Assembly (NCBI RefSeq): GCF_006345805.1
Contig: NC_043006.1
Coordinates: 1,736,001 to 1,800,000, forward strand
DNA from: Octopus sinensis
Taxonomy: Eukaryota
Length of the DNA stretch: 64,000 nucleotides
Reading direction: 5' to 3'
Positions 12,561 to 25,042 of this stretch are shown piece after piece. The notes below the pieces were generated by a model. It did no database searches. It was not told the DNA's origin and was given only the letters and a program-made list of their open reading frames with translations. The position numbers and the translations under genes were made by a program. Each line of letters opens with the position of its first letter. Positions within the stretch are counted from its first letter, which is position 1.

Positions 12561-13450
12561 ACACAGCCTAATCCCTCCTAATCCTTCCCAGATCAATAGT
12601 AGTGTTTCAAAGTATCCATAACAACTGTCAGCTCGCCACAATACGTAACGACACGGTTCTCCTATTGACATTACGATCCGATACCAAATCCACTGACATT
12701 ATCATCATTGATAATTATCATAATCTACCTGAAATTCTAGGCATGGTTTCAATAGAGAAATCACAACGTTTATCTAAAAAGCAATAAACGACGTAAATCC
12801 GACTTCAAAGGAAGCACTTCTTTCTCTCTGACGTTTCTTAAGATCCGCCAAAATTTAAAAGCTTTTATTTTTAAGGATGACAATATTCAACATGCTTTCG
12901 TCCAGGAACCTTGCCATCATCTCTATTGAAAACATGGTGTGAATGTTTACAATACTAATAGTTTTTATTATATTAATTTTATTATAGATACTGAATGAAT
13001 ATTTACAATACTTTCTTGAATACACTTTTCGTGAACTCATTTTGCTCGGATATTCTGCGATGGAGCCAAATTTTCTCCCATTATTTTCGATTTGGATTAC
13101 GAAACACTTGGGTAAATTTCGAAGAGACCTTGATATATCCCGTCTTGGATATATTAACGTATCTGTAATAAATATATTTAAATGCAGGACATATTAAATG
13201 TCCTGGAAGTATACGAGCTTGACATTCCGAACCCCTCCTTCATTCTTTCCGAGATGAAAGAAAAGGGTTGTAATGGCGAACATCGAAGAATTTCGAGCGG
13301 AAAGAAAAGAAGAACCGGAGTTTGAAATTATTATCATTGTTGACATGTTTAAATCACATTAAAATTCCTGTTCATTTTAGGGGGGAGTTGGTGCCGTGAG
13401 TTCGTATTATTGACTGCAAGGAATTGCAAAGCGCAAAATAACCTAATCTG
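11400..13450. promoter_or_regulatory. Repeat-free, CpG-enriched island; probable bidirectional promoter
   Basis: Visibly more CpG and no SINEs compared with the flanks. GTGAGT donors point outward on both strands (minus at 12454-12459, plus at 13396-13401). Confidence 0.5.
13200..13395 (+). other. SMC6: Candidate non-coding first exon of SMC6 (start approximate)
   Basis: GCC|GTGAGT donor at 13396. The SMC6 ATG sits directly after an acceptor, so an upstream exon is required, and this is the nearest promoter-like island. Confidence 0.4.
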
Positions 13451-13624
13451 AAGGGATCGCAGATTATACTCCTGGAAAGCAAATGTAAATAAAATCAAAT
13501 AAAGTCCCTGGTGATTTGTCATAATCCTTTTTTATTACTAATTTGGTGTATATTGTGGTTACATCGCTCATTGATCAAAAAGGCTTTAGATTTTACTGAA
13601 AGGCTAACATTAAATTCATATATA

Positions 13625-13804
13625 TATACCGCGTGTGTACCGTTGGCGATTTTTTCTTCCGTCTTCCCTTCTTTGGATCTCTCCATTTCCTATGTTTCTG
13701 ACGAAGAGCTCCGCTCGAAACGTTAAATCCTCTTTCTTTCTTTCCTTTCCAATAACACTATACTTGTTCCACGTCCTCGCGTTGTTGTGTTTTCATGTTT
13801 GGAT

Positions 13805-13810
<6 letters not shown>
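13625..13810 (+). mobile_element. PLE-type terminal fragment with hammerhead-like core
   Basis: CTGACGA-A-GAGCtccGCTC-GAAA-CGTT at 13698-13724; (TA)n flanks. Confidence 0.6.
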
Positions 13811-13835
<25 letters not shown>

Positions 13836-13990
13836 GTTTGTTGAAATGGAAAGATGAATTTTCTTGTTACAGATTATTCAAAAGTTTAACCGATACCTGG
13901 GTAGCAAAAATCACAGCTGAAAAAAACACGGTTGGAGATAAGACCATTTGGTGTTGCAACCGTGCGTTGGTGCGGATAATTGAAGTTTAA

Positions 13991-14140
13991 TATAATTAGT
14001 GAATGGAAGAAATGGAGTTGAACGAAGATTGTACAGAATCCCTTTTATTACATTCTACACATGTTTCAACGTGTAGAATGTAATAAAAGGAATTCTGTAC
14101 AATCTTCGTTCAACTCCATTTCTTCCATTCACTAATTATA
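13991..14140. repeat. 70-bp-arm inverted repeat with 10-nt loop
   Basis: Arms 13991-14060 and 14071-14140 match at 69/70. Confidence 0.95.
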
Positions 14141-14152
14141 TATATATATATC

Positions 14153-14650
14153 ATCATCATCATCATCATCGTCGTTTAGCGTCCGTTTTCCATGCTAGCA
14201 TGGGTTGGATGGTTCTACTGGGGTCTGTGAAGCCAGAAGGCTTCATCAGGCCCAGTCAAATCTGGCAGTGTTTCTACGGCTGGATGCCCTTCCTAACGCC
14301 AACCACTCCGTGAGTGTAGTGGGTGCTTTTTATGTGCCACCCGCACAAGTGCCAGACAGAGCTGGCAAACGGCCACGAACAGATGGTGCTTTTTATGTGC
14401 CACCGGCACAAGGGCCAGGCGAGGCTGGCAACGGACACGAAACGGGGCGGTGCTGGCAACGGTCGCGAAACGGAAGGTTCTCTTACATGCCACCGGCACT
14501 GGTAACACATCTGCAATTTCCATTGATCGATTTCGATTCTGATCCTCACTTGCCTCAACAGGTCTTCACAAGTAGAGTTTTGTGTCCCAAGAAGGGAAGG
14601 TATACATACGTAGGCTGGCTCCATCCCAAGTAGAAGGCCACGGGTTATGG
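14153..14650 (-). mobile_element. RTE 3'UTR-only insertion (representative of more than 20 copies)
   Basis: (CAT)n-CGTTTAGCGTCCG..CCATGCTAGCATGGGTTGG matches the rc of the RTE 3' end at 44400-44548. Others: 835-990, 15900-16475, 19455-19670, 23755-24160, 24455-24765, 31200-31500, 33525-33730, 34850-35140, 37440-37625, 47905-48242, 49655-49970, 53850-54215, 54655-54895, 57580-57725, 61900-62230. Confidence 0.88.
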
Positions 14651-14990
14651 ACTCACTTGTTCTGCCGGGATATTTGTGTGTGTATGTGTGCTTTTATTAA
14701 TGTATATATGTCTATGTGTATATAACCGATGTAATTGTCGTTAACTTTTCCATACTGACATGCATTAGTTGAGTTTTCTCAGACACTCTTTTACAACTAA
14801 ATGCCCTTCCTGTCACCAACGCTTTTAGTCAGCTCTTAAGACATGCAGGGATGCTATGTACCTATTCTAAAAACCAGGATGGACAGTCTATGTGTGTTAC
14901 AAATCTTAGGCAAGTGTCTTCAGCTTAGCCTTCTCAGTGGATTTGCTAAGCGGAAACTGAAAAAGTCTGTCATATGTATTATGTGTATAG

Positions 14991-15024
<34 letters not shown>

Positions 15025-15036
15025 TATATATATATA

Positions 15037-15068
<32 letters not shown>

Positions 15069-15229
15069 TTGTGTCTATTCTCCCGCTGCTTGGCAACCAG
15101 TGTTGGTTTGTTTACATCCCTGTAACTTAGCTGTGCAGCAAAAGAGACTCCTAGGATAAGTACCAGTCTTTATAAAATAAGTACTGGGGTGGATTTGTCC
15201 GACTAAAATTCTTGTTATAGGGGTCTATG

Positions 15230-17130
15230 CTTGTCTAAGGACTTCATCTTTATTTTGGTGGCATTTCCTGGTACAAAAACAATCTGCATCGCATCTCGGT
15301 TAATTCTCTTTCTCATCAATTGAGCTATAATTCTTTCCATAGCTTGCATAACCTCTACTTTCTTCTCTCTAATGGATCTCCTTTTCCCTTGTAAAAGTTG
15401 ATGATGATGATGCTATATGCCTGTCATTGAGTATTACATCTTCCTTTGCTACCTTATTAACTATGTGGGTGACTTGACTATTTTCTATTCTACCAGACAT
15501 TTTAGGCATCTCACTGGTAACTTTTGATGACGTAGGGACTTTCTCTGCCTTCATATCCTTAATTGCTTTATCTAGCATAGTGTTGTCTCCAAGAATGGCT
15601 GGTTTCTTTTGGGCTTATGCTGGAAATCCCTCTCTTTCTTCCACCCATTCTCATTTATCAACCTCTTGTAATAACACCCTCATGCCTCTTTTCAAGATCA
15701 AGTGTGTTTTTACCAATCTGTATGCATGTCTCCCAGACACAATCTGAATTTTTTCTTAGACATATGTGGCAATTTGCTGTACTTGATAAGACATGTCAAG
15801 TTAAGGAAAACCGCTGTCTTCCACACATACAGGCTTGTCCTTTCAAGAGCTGGTGCCACTTAAAAAGCACCTGTGCTGCTGTTGTTGCATTAACACACCT
15901 GTGCCAGTGCTGTGTTAACGTACTTGTGCCTGTGGCATATAAAAAGCATCCAGCGTTCTCTGGTTGACGTTAGGAAGGGCATCCAGCTGTAGAAACCATG
16001 CCACAACAGACAAGTGGAGTCTGGACAGCTCTCTGCTAGCCAACTCCATGTTGAACCATCCAACCCATGCTAGCATGGAGAGCAGATATTAAACAATGAT
16101 GATGACAACGACACTGCCTTGCAATCAGGAATATCTCACAACCTGTGGCCTTTACCTGGGATGTAGCCAGTCCACTTATACATGCCTTTCCTTCTTGGGA
16201 CACAAAACTCTGCTTGCGAAGACCTGTTGAGGCAAGTGAAATCGAAATCGATCAAAAATCAATGGAAATTGTAGTTGTGATACCAGTGCCGGTGGCACGT
16301 AAAAAGCACCCACTACACTCATGAAGTGGTTGGCTTTAGGAAGGGCATCCAGCTGTAGAAACACTGCCAGATCAGACTGGGCCTGGTGCTGCCTCCTGGC
16401 TTCCCAGACCCCGGTCGAACCATCCAACCCATGCTAGCATGGAAAGCGGACGTTAAACGATGATGATGATGGTGGTCTTCATATCTTAGAACATTAAGTA
16501 AGCATTTTACTGTCGGTCTCTCCCCTTGCTAAATATACAAGAGGCCTAACTTCTCTTCCTGCTACTTCACATTCCTCTTTGCTGCCTTCTCCTTTCTTTT
16601 CCAAGCTTGTCTCTTAGCCTTTATAGGTCTCTCTACAGAACTATTTCTCAACAATGTTGCCCTCATTTTGGTTGAGATCCTGCATCTGCCACAAATTATT
16701 TTGTTGTCCTCGTTAGATTGTCTCACAAAAACTCTTAAGCCATTCTCCGTGTTGTAATTTTCTATCTCCTCTCTCTTGTCATATGCATCAACTCGTACTT
16801 TTCTGAACCAAAAGTTGATTGATAGTACTTTCTATTTCCATGTAGCCTTTTCTCTAGATTCTCTCTGGCTCCATCAAACCCTTATTCTGAAGATACTAAT
16901 CACTGGTCTTTCCTGGGTGAGACCTTTTTCTCCAGGAGATGACTTCATATTCCCTGCCAATCATCTGCTCATTTTCCTGATGAGTATGAAATGCATCTGG
17001 CTGATCAATAAGTGGTCAGCTAAATTCAGAAACACTGTAATAGTACTCCTTGTGGTGAAGTTGGAGTGATGCAAAGAAAGAAGTGATTGAGTTTCAAATT
17101 GGTGCTGATCTCCGTGGCATGCATAGCTTC
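15230..17130 (-). mobile_element. Old fragmented RTE LINE, interrupted by + strand RTE 3'UTR copies
   Basis: KAIKDMKAEKV..EMPKMSG..IVNKVAKEDVILND at 15369-15578 resembles the RTE pre-RT region; decayed coding-like sequence at 16500-17130. Confidence 0.55.
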
Positions 17131-17439
17131 TAGGTTGAACTGATGAATGTTTACAGACTAAGAAACGTGCTTCTTAACTGACATTAGCTGATGTTCTAGA
17201 AAAGAAGCCAGTTAATTGAGCTATCCATGTGTGTGTGTATTTATGTTCTCTTTTCTTTTTAATTATTTAAGTTCTTCCCCTGAAGAAGGAGCTGGTTTCT
17301 AATACAGATACAAAGCTCCATTGTTAGAATGTAGATAACAAAAACATCACATTTTAAATTTGGGGAAAGTCTTGCATATCTTTACTGTTCCACTTACAGA
17401 TTGTATTCATAATGTACAAATTAGCTGATTTCTTTTCCT

Positions 17440-18130
17440 GTAAGCCCTAGCTTATCTGGATTGTCACTTAGGAATTTATTCCCAAAACCAAATGTGCCAA
17501 TTATAATTGGTATAAATGTGAATTTATAATCTGAACACAGAAGCTAGAGGTTTCAAAGTAGTTGTCCTCTTTCCCTTTTGATTTTCAAAGAGATATTCAT
17601 GCCAGCAGAACAGCTAACCTCTATGACAGTACAGACTTTGTCTTGTCTGTCCCAAACAACAATATCCAGCCTCTTATGTTTACACTTGAGACAGCTGTTT
17701 TGATGAGAATGTTCCACCAGTATTCTTTGTGTGGATGTTTCTGTATGTATTCAATAACAAGGGGATTCTCTATATTTATTCCAGGATAGCCCTTTTTTCG
17801 AATGGCATTGTATGTTGTTTTTGCAACAATGTCACATTGCATAGGGAGGTGGTACCTTGATGACATTTTTGGACATCTGCTAATCACCTGTGACGTTTTC
17901 CACACAAATATGACATAATCTACATTTTCACTTGCATTTTGGGGCTCCAAAGGCTTCACTTTCTCTTTTGTTCATTAGGGATTTTGTGGTAATCTCCTGT
18001 TCTTGTAATACAAATTCATAGCCTTCGGAATGTGATTTGATGTAGTGGTCATGATTCCAAGAGAGGCTGAGCTTTATGCCAGTATTACTTTCTTCTTCAA
18101 GTCTTTTTTGCCATGCTGAGCATTTCACAT
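17440..18130 (-). mobile_element. R4/NeSL-like non-LTR element C-terminus (zinc knuckle plus restriction-like endonuclease), degenerate
   Basis: EGYEFVLQEQEITTK, VISRCPKMSSRY..DIVAK, WWNILIKT, CTVIEVSC..NISLKIK, YKFTFIPIIIGTFG. Confidence 0.7.
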
Positions 18131-18549
18131 CCAGGTCTTTGAGGTATGTTAGTTAGTCCAGCTGTTTTGAGGTTGTATGGGAGGTCATCAGGAAGAGAGT
18201 GCTTCCTCATGAACTTGCTGCCGGCACATAGAGTCTTGTTCTCTTTACTTTTCACCACTCTCAGTTAATGTATTTATTTTTCCTGCAGTTGTTTAGCGAG
18301 TGTTGTGTGAGACAGACTCTATGACATTCAAAGGCTTTCTGCAATTCTCCTAAGCTCTACCTCCTTCATCTCTTCTCAGATAGATCCTGTTGATATCACT
18401 ATTTCTGTGTAGATTTCCAGTTGATGTCAGTATTTTGTGCATTTTTAGCATTTATGGAATGAATTTCTTATTCAGAATAGTCAAGTATCCCAAATGTTTA
18501 AATCAGCACTGGTACTGCAAACGCATTGTAGGATAATGTATGTATATAT

Positions 18550-18960
18550 CCTATGATCAGCGTTATCAAAGATTGACCATGGGGTGATATGTCACAAGCT
18601 GCTAAGACTTGGCATAGTCGGAAAACTGGGAGAGTGGTTACATGACTTCTTAAAAGCCAGAAACCGTGCTGTAGCAGCCAGAGGGGCCCTCTCCAAAGAG
18701 ACTTTAACAGTGACTGGATTGCCTCAGGAAACTGTCTTGGGGCTGCTGCTGCTTATAGTGGCCCTCTCAGATATGCTGTCAGTTGTATGATGGGCAGCTG
18801 CTCTTACTAGCTAAGCCAATGGTACAAAAGCAGCACAAGAAGTCAAAAACATCCTCTTGATGCTATTCTTCTACAGCAAGATCTAGATGCCACATACAAA
18901 TGAACTGAAGAAAACAACATGCAAATTAATGCAGGAAAATTCCAAGCTTTCTGCTATCAG
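18550..18960 (+). mobile_element. CR1-clade RT fragment
   Basis: DHGVICHKLLRLGIVGKLGEWLHDFL, GLPQETVLG, LQQDLD. Confidence 0.75.
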
Positions 18961-20729
18961 CCAACTTTGGACCAAAAGCAGTGGCAATCCTGGAGTCAAA
19001 TGAAGTGCATCAACTGGCGATTGATATGAGCAATGATACATCATTTCATATGCATAATAGCAAAGTGGTGGTAATGTGCAGGTGAATAATCAGATGGATT
19101 CTGATAACTTTAAGAACATGGGCCCAGGAAACTATGATGGTCTTATGGGAGACATTTGTCAGTAGTTCATCTGGACTACTGACCTCAACTATGGTTACCC
19201 TACAGTGTGAATTTAATAGCAGAACTCAAGGCAGTTCAGTGGTTCTAAACCAAGAAGACCACATTAATGAAACACTTGTTAGTATAGATGCTGGGAGAGA
19301 CTGAAGAATTGCAACTCTACTCCCTGGAGTGAAGGTGAGTAAGGTGTGCAGTGATATACATAGGGAAGATCCTAGAAGGGTTGGTACAAAACATTGGCAA
19401 TGAGTTATACTATCCCTCGAACAGGTCATTACTGCACTGTTCTTAAGGTCCACCCATCATCATCATCATCATCGTTTAATGTCCGCTTTCCATGCTAGCA
19501 TGGGTTGGACGGTTCAACTGGGGTCTGGGAAGCCAGGAGGCTGCACCAGGCTCCAGTCAGATCTGGCAGTGTTTCTACGGCTGGATGCCCTTCCTAATGC
19601 CAACCACTCCGTGAGTGTAGTGGGTGCTTTTTACGTGCCAGACAAGGCTGGCAAACGGCCACAATTGGATGGTGCTTCCCATCTAGAATGAGGACCAGGT
19701 ACTGCAATTGCTAAGCATTCAAAAGCTCTCAGCTATTTAATATCATACCCCAAAAAAATAATAACCCTGAGAAATCTACATGATGTTGGGGTAGATGTTT
19801 CAAGAAGCAACTTGACCTTCTGCTGTTTAAGATCCCAGACAAAACTATCATCATAGCAGTAATATCAAACTCCCTCATCCACCAAAAGCCAGCTCCAACC
19901 ACACAGGAATGGCTACAGCCTTTATATTGAAACACATAAAAGTATATATATCTTTGAACTTTGAGCCTCACAGAGGCAATGACTGGTGACCGAGATCTTT
20001 GGCAATGTGCTGTGCTTGAGAGGACCCGTCAAGCCAAGTGCACCCGTGCTGGTGGCATGTAAAGAACATCTTTCGAACATTGGGCCACACAGAGGCAAAG
20101 TGGCTGAATTCTTCTCAATTGTTGGGCCTCACAGAGGTATTGACGAAGACCTTTGGCATTATGTCATGCTTGAGAAGAAGACCCATCAAACTGAGCAAAA
20201 TTGCAATGGTAGCAGATACCAGTGTTACGCAATTTGGAACCCATGCCAGTGGCATGTAAAAGCACCCATTACACCCTCAGAATGATTAGCATTAGGAAGG
20301 GCATCCAGTTGTAGAAAACCATGTCAAATCAGACTGGTGTCTGGTGCAGCACACCAGCCCAGTCAAACTGTCCAACCCATGCCAGCATGGACAATGGACA
20401 TTAGATAATGATGATGATAGTTATTTTCTTCTTTGCTGAATGCTTCATTTATGATGATGATGATGATGATGTTGATGACTCTGTAGACTAGTTCTGACAT
20501 AGTAGAGTCGATGGCTTTGACTGTGGTAATGTTGGCAGAGGGCGAAGATGATTTTGTCAAGCCTTTCTCTTTTATCATTTGAGTTCTTCCTTTTCTCTTT
20601 TGGTGGTTTTGAAGTTTTTAGTTGCCATGGTGATGGAACACTGCCACTTGGTACAGTCTCAGGCTTGTGTTTCAAACAACTTAGGCTCAATTCCAGTGGC
20701 TTTCAGTGTTGTTTAATAAACCTTCTTTT

Positions 20730-21866
20730 CTAAAATGTTATTCAATAAAGCCACCTTCAGCTTCAACAACTGCTTCTGTATGAGATCTACATCATCTACA
20801 TGCTCGAATCAAGTGGTCCTGGTTCATTTTGGACATTACTCTTACTATGGCAGCTTTCAAAGTGTCTTTGGTGTTATGGGCATGTTCATTGACCTCTCTC
20901 TCTCAACAAGGCTCCACATGTAATAGTCCAATGGAATGAGATCTGGGGAATTAGGAGGCCAAATGTTAGGAGTTATGTGATCATAAAAATTTTCAGCTAT
21001 CTATTCTTGTGTTACTAGGGCCATGTGTGATAGTGCAGTCTTACTGAAACACATATGGCCTTCCATTGCATACACTGTTCATCCAGGGCTAAACTATTAT
21101 TTCCAGGACCTCAATGTAGGTGGCAGAGTTAACTCTAAGGCCTTGTGGAAAGAAGTAAGGAGGTATCATATGACCTTCATTGCTGACAACCCCTAAAACC
21201 ATGACAGTTGCAGGAAATTTTTTTATGCATAACACTTGGAACTTCAGAAGGGTCTGCACATAACCACCTGTCATCTCTTCTGTTAACTTTTTGATCTTGG
21301 TCGAAGTTTTTCTCGTTTGAGTAAAACCAAATCAGATCTTCTTCTGCTGGATTTTTTCAGTTTTAGATCTGATGCACTGATTTTCTTTTGCTCTTTCTGA
21401 CCAATTGACCTTTCCTCATCATATAAGACTTATATCTGATGTCTTTGTGGACAACATTTCTGACTGTTCCTTCTGACACATGGAGATCTTTTGCAATTGA
21501 CCTCATGGACTTACTAGAATTTTAATCAATGATCTGTTGAATTTGCTGGATAAATTCAGGTGTTCTGATGATTTCAGAGCATTTAGAATGCTTTTTATGC
21601 TTTGATACTGGTGATATGTTTCCATCTTCAGTCTTTAGCTCCTTACAAACTTTGTAGACGAAAGATCTGACAACTTTTAAAAATCGAGATATTTCTAAAT
21701 CGCTTTGCTCAGCCTTTATAACCACAATAACAGCATTCCTCTTCATTTCTTGAGTAAGCTGAGGGTCTGCCATTATTATTTTCTGAAACAAAGATTATAC
21801 AGAGTTAGCAAAAAATGCAGCAATGACCCCAAAAAAGGTATGTCCTCAAATACATTACGCACCCTG
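20730..21866 (-). mobile_element. Tc1/mariner DD37D (maT-like) transposon relic
   Basis: KFPATVMVLGVVS, RPYVFQ*D and WPPNSPDLIPLDY. Repairing a 2-nt deletion gives D-37-D spacing. One end, TA|CAGGGTG (rc), at 21860-21868. Confidence 0.82.
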
Positions 21867-23395
21867 TATATATACGCATATGGCAGGTTTCTTCCTGTTT
21901 CTACTTCCAAATTCATTCACAAGTCTTTGGTTGATACAGGGCTATTGCAGAAGACACTTGCTCAAGGTGCCAAGCAGTGGAACTGAACCTGAAACCATGT
22001 GGTTGGGAAGCAAACATTTTAACTACACTGCCAAGCGGTATTTCGTCTGTCGTTACGTTCTGAGTTCAAATTCCGCCGAGGTCAACTTTGCCTTTCATCC
22101 TTTCGGGGTCGATAAATAAAGTACCAGTTTCGCACTGGGGCGATATAATCGACTCAATCCCTTCGTCTGTCCTTCTTTGTCCCCTCTATGTTTAGCCCCT
22201 TCTGGGCAGTAAAGAAATATATAATATATATAAGGTGGACTCCTCGTCGAAGACGACACATGATTGTTCATATTTTGCCATATGACCTGCAAAAATGATT
22301 TGTTTATAGTGATCGAATGTTAGTGCCACACATTATCTCACTCTCTCCATCAAATTGATGTTACCTGAACAGGTGCTCAGTGTACCACTTGTCAGGTGTC
22401 GAAGTGATCGCACACACACACGCGGATACATAAATGCACACAGGAGAAAGATACTCTTACTGAAAATCTAGTGTTTGTAGTACCTAGCCTTGTTTTTATT
22501 TGTTCATTCATTGTTATTGTTGCTGGTTTGGAGATTGACATTTTTGTTGTGCAAACATTCCCCCCCCCATCACTACCACCACTACCGACAACAACGACAC
22601 AAGTTGCTTTGAATTTCTTGGGACCACTTGAGGTACCATGCATGTCTATGACAATGAAAATACTTCTACTTCCGTTGTTCTGACATTTACATAAACACTA
22701 GCACTGTGACCCGGCAACACTGGGTCATAGTGCTAGTGCATGCATATACAGCTGCGTGCGTGCGCACATACACACGCGAGTACTGTCCAAATCTCCGACC
22801 AATCACATACAGCTAGCTGGCACTCAATTGGCGTATCGAGTTTCGGGCATTTTGATTGGGTTTTGGATAGAAAATTCACAAAAAAGTCACTTCTATTGAT
22901 TTTTTTTAATGGCTTTGCGGACTGACTGGGGAAATGTAAAGATGTGCACGACCACCCTTGGACGGTTTTTGAATGACCATAGAAAGTGCGATCCCTCTAA
23001 CTGAAAAATTGTGGATTTGTATAAAGAACACACACACACAGACATTTTGCCGTTTATATATAGAGAGATATGAAATGTGTAGTGTAGGTGACAGCAATCA
23101 CCATTCTTTGGCCATCAGCAGGGCTACATCATCTGTTGGGGTGCCGTTGGTGTTGTGGAGGCAGAGTCTTGCTCTTGTTGCACTGATAGTTATCTTCATC
23201 ATTACAAGTGCCTATGACAGGGATGCGCTACATTTTCAAAGGAAGCACGAAAGGCGGTTATAGTTGATAGCGAATTAACAACCACCATATACATCTGCTT
23301 ATTTAGATTATGACACTTACAAGAGTAGTCACATTCCTTTCAAATGTCAAAACCCCCAGAGTACTTCTTTGTGTGTGTGTATATATGTACACACA

Positions 23396-23750
23396 TAATC
23401 AAAGTAAGCAACAAGAATATCTTCGGTAATTTGGTACGATCGTTTCACCTACATCAGTATTACATATACTTATTTCCATGTTAATTAACATGGAAATAAG
23501 TATATGTATTGATAGAAAACCTCTATGAATGGCTGATGATTGCTCAACATTTTAAAACTGTTGTAATACTTACAATGTTTAATAAAATGATGTGTGAAAC
23601 GATTGAACCAAATTACCGAAGATATTCTTGTTGCTTACTTTGATTATAATCACCCCATGGATTTATATGGATAACACCATACAAAATTCTAGTGCATCTG
23701 ACTTAAGTATCATATTCATTTGAATCTAAATTTTGCTGAACTTATATATA
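23396..23750. repeat. Palindromic PLE-like repeat; its tail is shared with 3860-3975
   Basis: 40-bp perfect outer inverted repeat and 48-bp perfect palindrome; TATAATCACC..CATATTCATTTGAATCTAAA..GCTGAACT(TA)n is present at both loci. Confidence 0.7.
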
Positions 23751-24985
23751 TATATATCATCATTTAGCGTCTGCTTTCCATGCTGGCATGGGTTAGAGGG
23801 TTTAACTGAAACTGGTAAGCTGCTGAGCTGGGCCAAATTCCAACCTAATTCGGCATGGCTTTTGTGGCTGGATGCCCTTCCAAGAATGTAACGAGTACTT
23901 TTTATGTGCCATATATATATATACATGCCACATAAAAAGGCACCCAGTACACTCTGTAAAGTGGTTGGCATTAGGAAGGGCATTCAGCCACGGAGACCAT
24001 GCCAGAACAGACAGTGGAACTTGGTGTGGCTTTTGGCCTTTCCAGCTTCTGTCAAACTATCATGGAAAGTGGACATTAAATGATGATATTGATGTGTGTG
24101 TGTGTGGGTCCAACTCATGCTAGCATGGAGAATGGACATTAAACGATGATGATGATGTATGTATGTGTATATGTATAAAGTAACAAACGGAGGAAAAGAA
24201 ATCCTTCAAAGGGGCGTCTTAAACATCCAATTCACTGGTACCTCAGCTGGATACCATATAAATATTGGTATAATTCAATTATAAAGATAAATTAAATAGA
24301 GAGATATTCTATTGATATTCAATAAATTATGATTTATTGATATTACATTAAATACTATGAATATAATATATAACATTACATAATACTATATAAATAATTA
24401 TAAAATCTATAAAAGGCCAACAAGTTATTTCGACTTTATATATATATATATATATATTTCTGGTGGCACGTAACAAACACCATCCGATCGTGGCCGTTGC
24501 CAGGCTGGCCTGGCCTCCGTGCCGGTGGCACGTAAAAAGCACCATCCGAGCGTGGCCATTCACCAGCCTCGTCTGGCACCTGTGTTGGTGGCCCATAAAA
24601 AGCACCCACTACACTCACGGAGTGGTTGGCATTAGGAAGGGCATCCAGCTGTAGAAACACTGCCAGATCTGACTGGCCTGGTGCAGCCTTCGGGCTTCCC
24701 AGACCCCAGTTGAACTGTCCAACCCATGCTAGCATGGAAAGCGGATGTTAAACGATGATGATGATTTCTGATATACAAACTCACAGTTCAATTATATATA
24801 AGTCACCTCAGGCTCCATCAGTTCAGAAAGATGAAATTCGGTCTAGATTGAAATTTGTTGGCCTTTTACAGTTTTTATAATTATTTATATATTATTATGT
24901 TATATTCATAGTATTTAATGTAATATTGTAATATAAATAAATTATTTAATGTCAGTAGAATATCTCTAATTTATCTTTATATATA

Positions 24986-25028
<43 letters not shown>

Positions 25029-25042
25029 GCATATAGATATAT

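Noticed and set aside
8300-12600. GEN1 head-to-head with SMC6 as in vertebrates
   Set aside because: No MGV..LW-type XPG N-terminus or other GEN1 motif found on the minus strand.
17278-17335. CTGAAGA-AGGAGC..GCTCC hammerhead-like start
   Set aside because: The GAAA core is missing, so it cannot be called a ribozyme.
19226-19330. QGSSVVLNQEDHINE, resembling the PLE RT N-terminal DKG motif
   Set aside because: Too short and degenerate to assign without a search.
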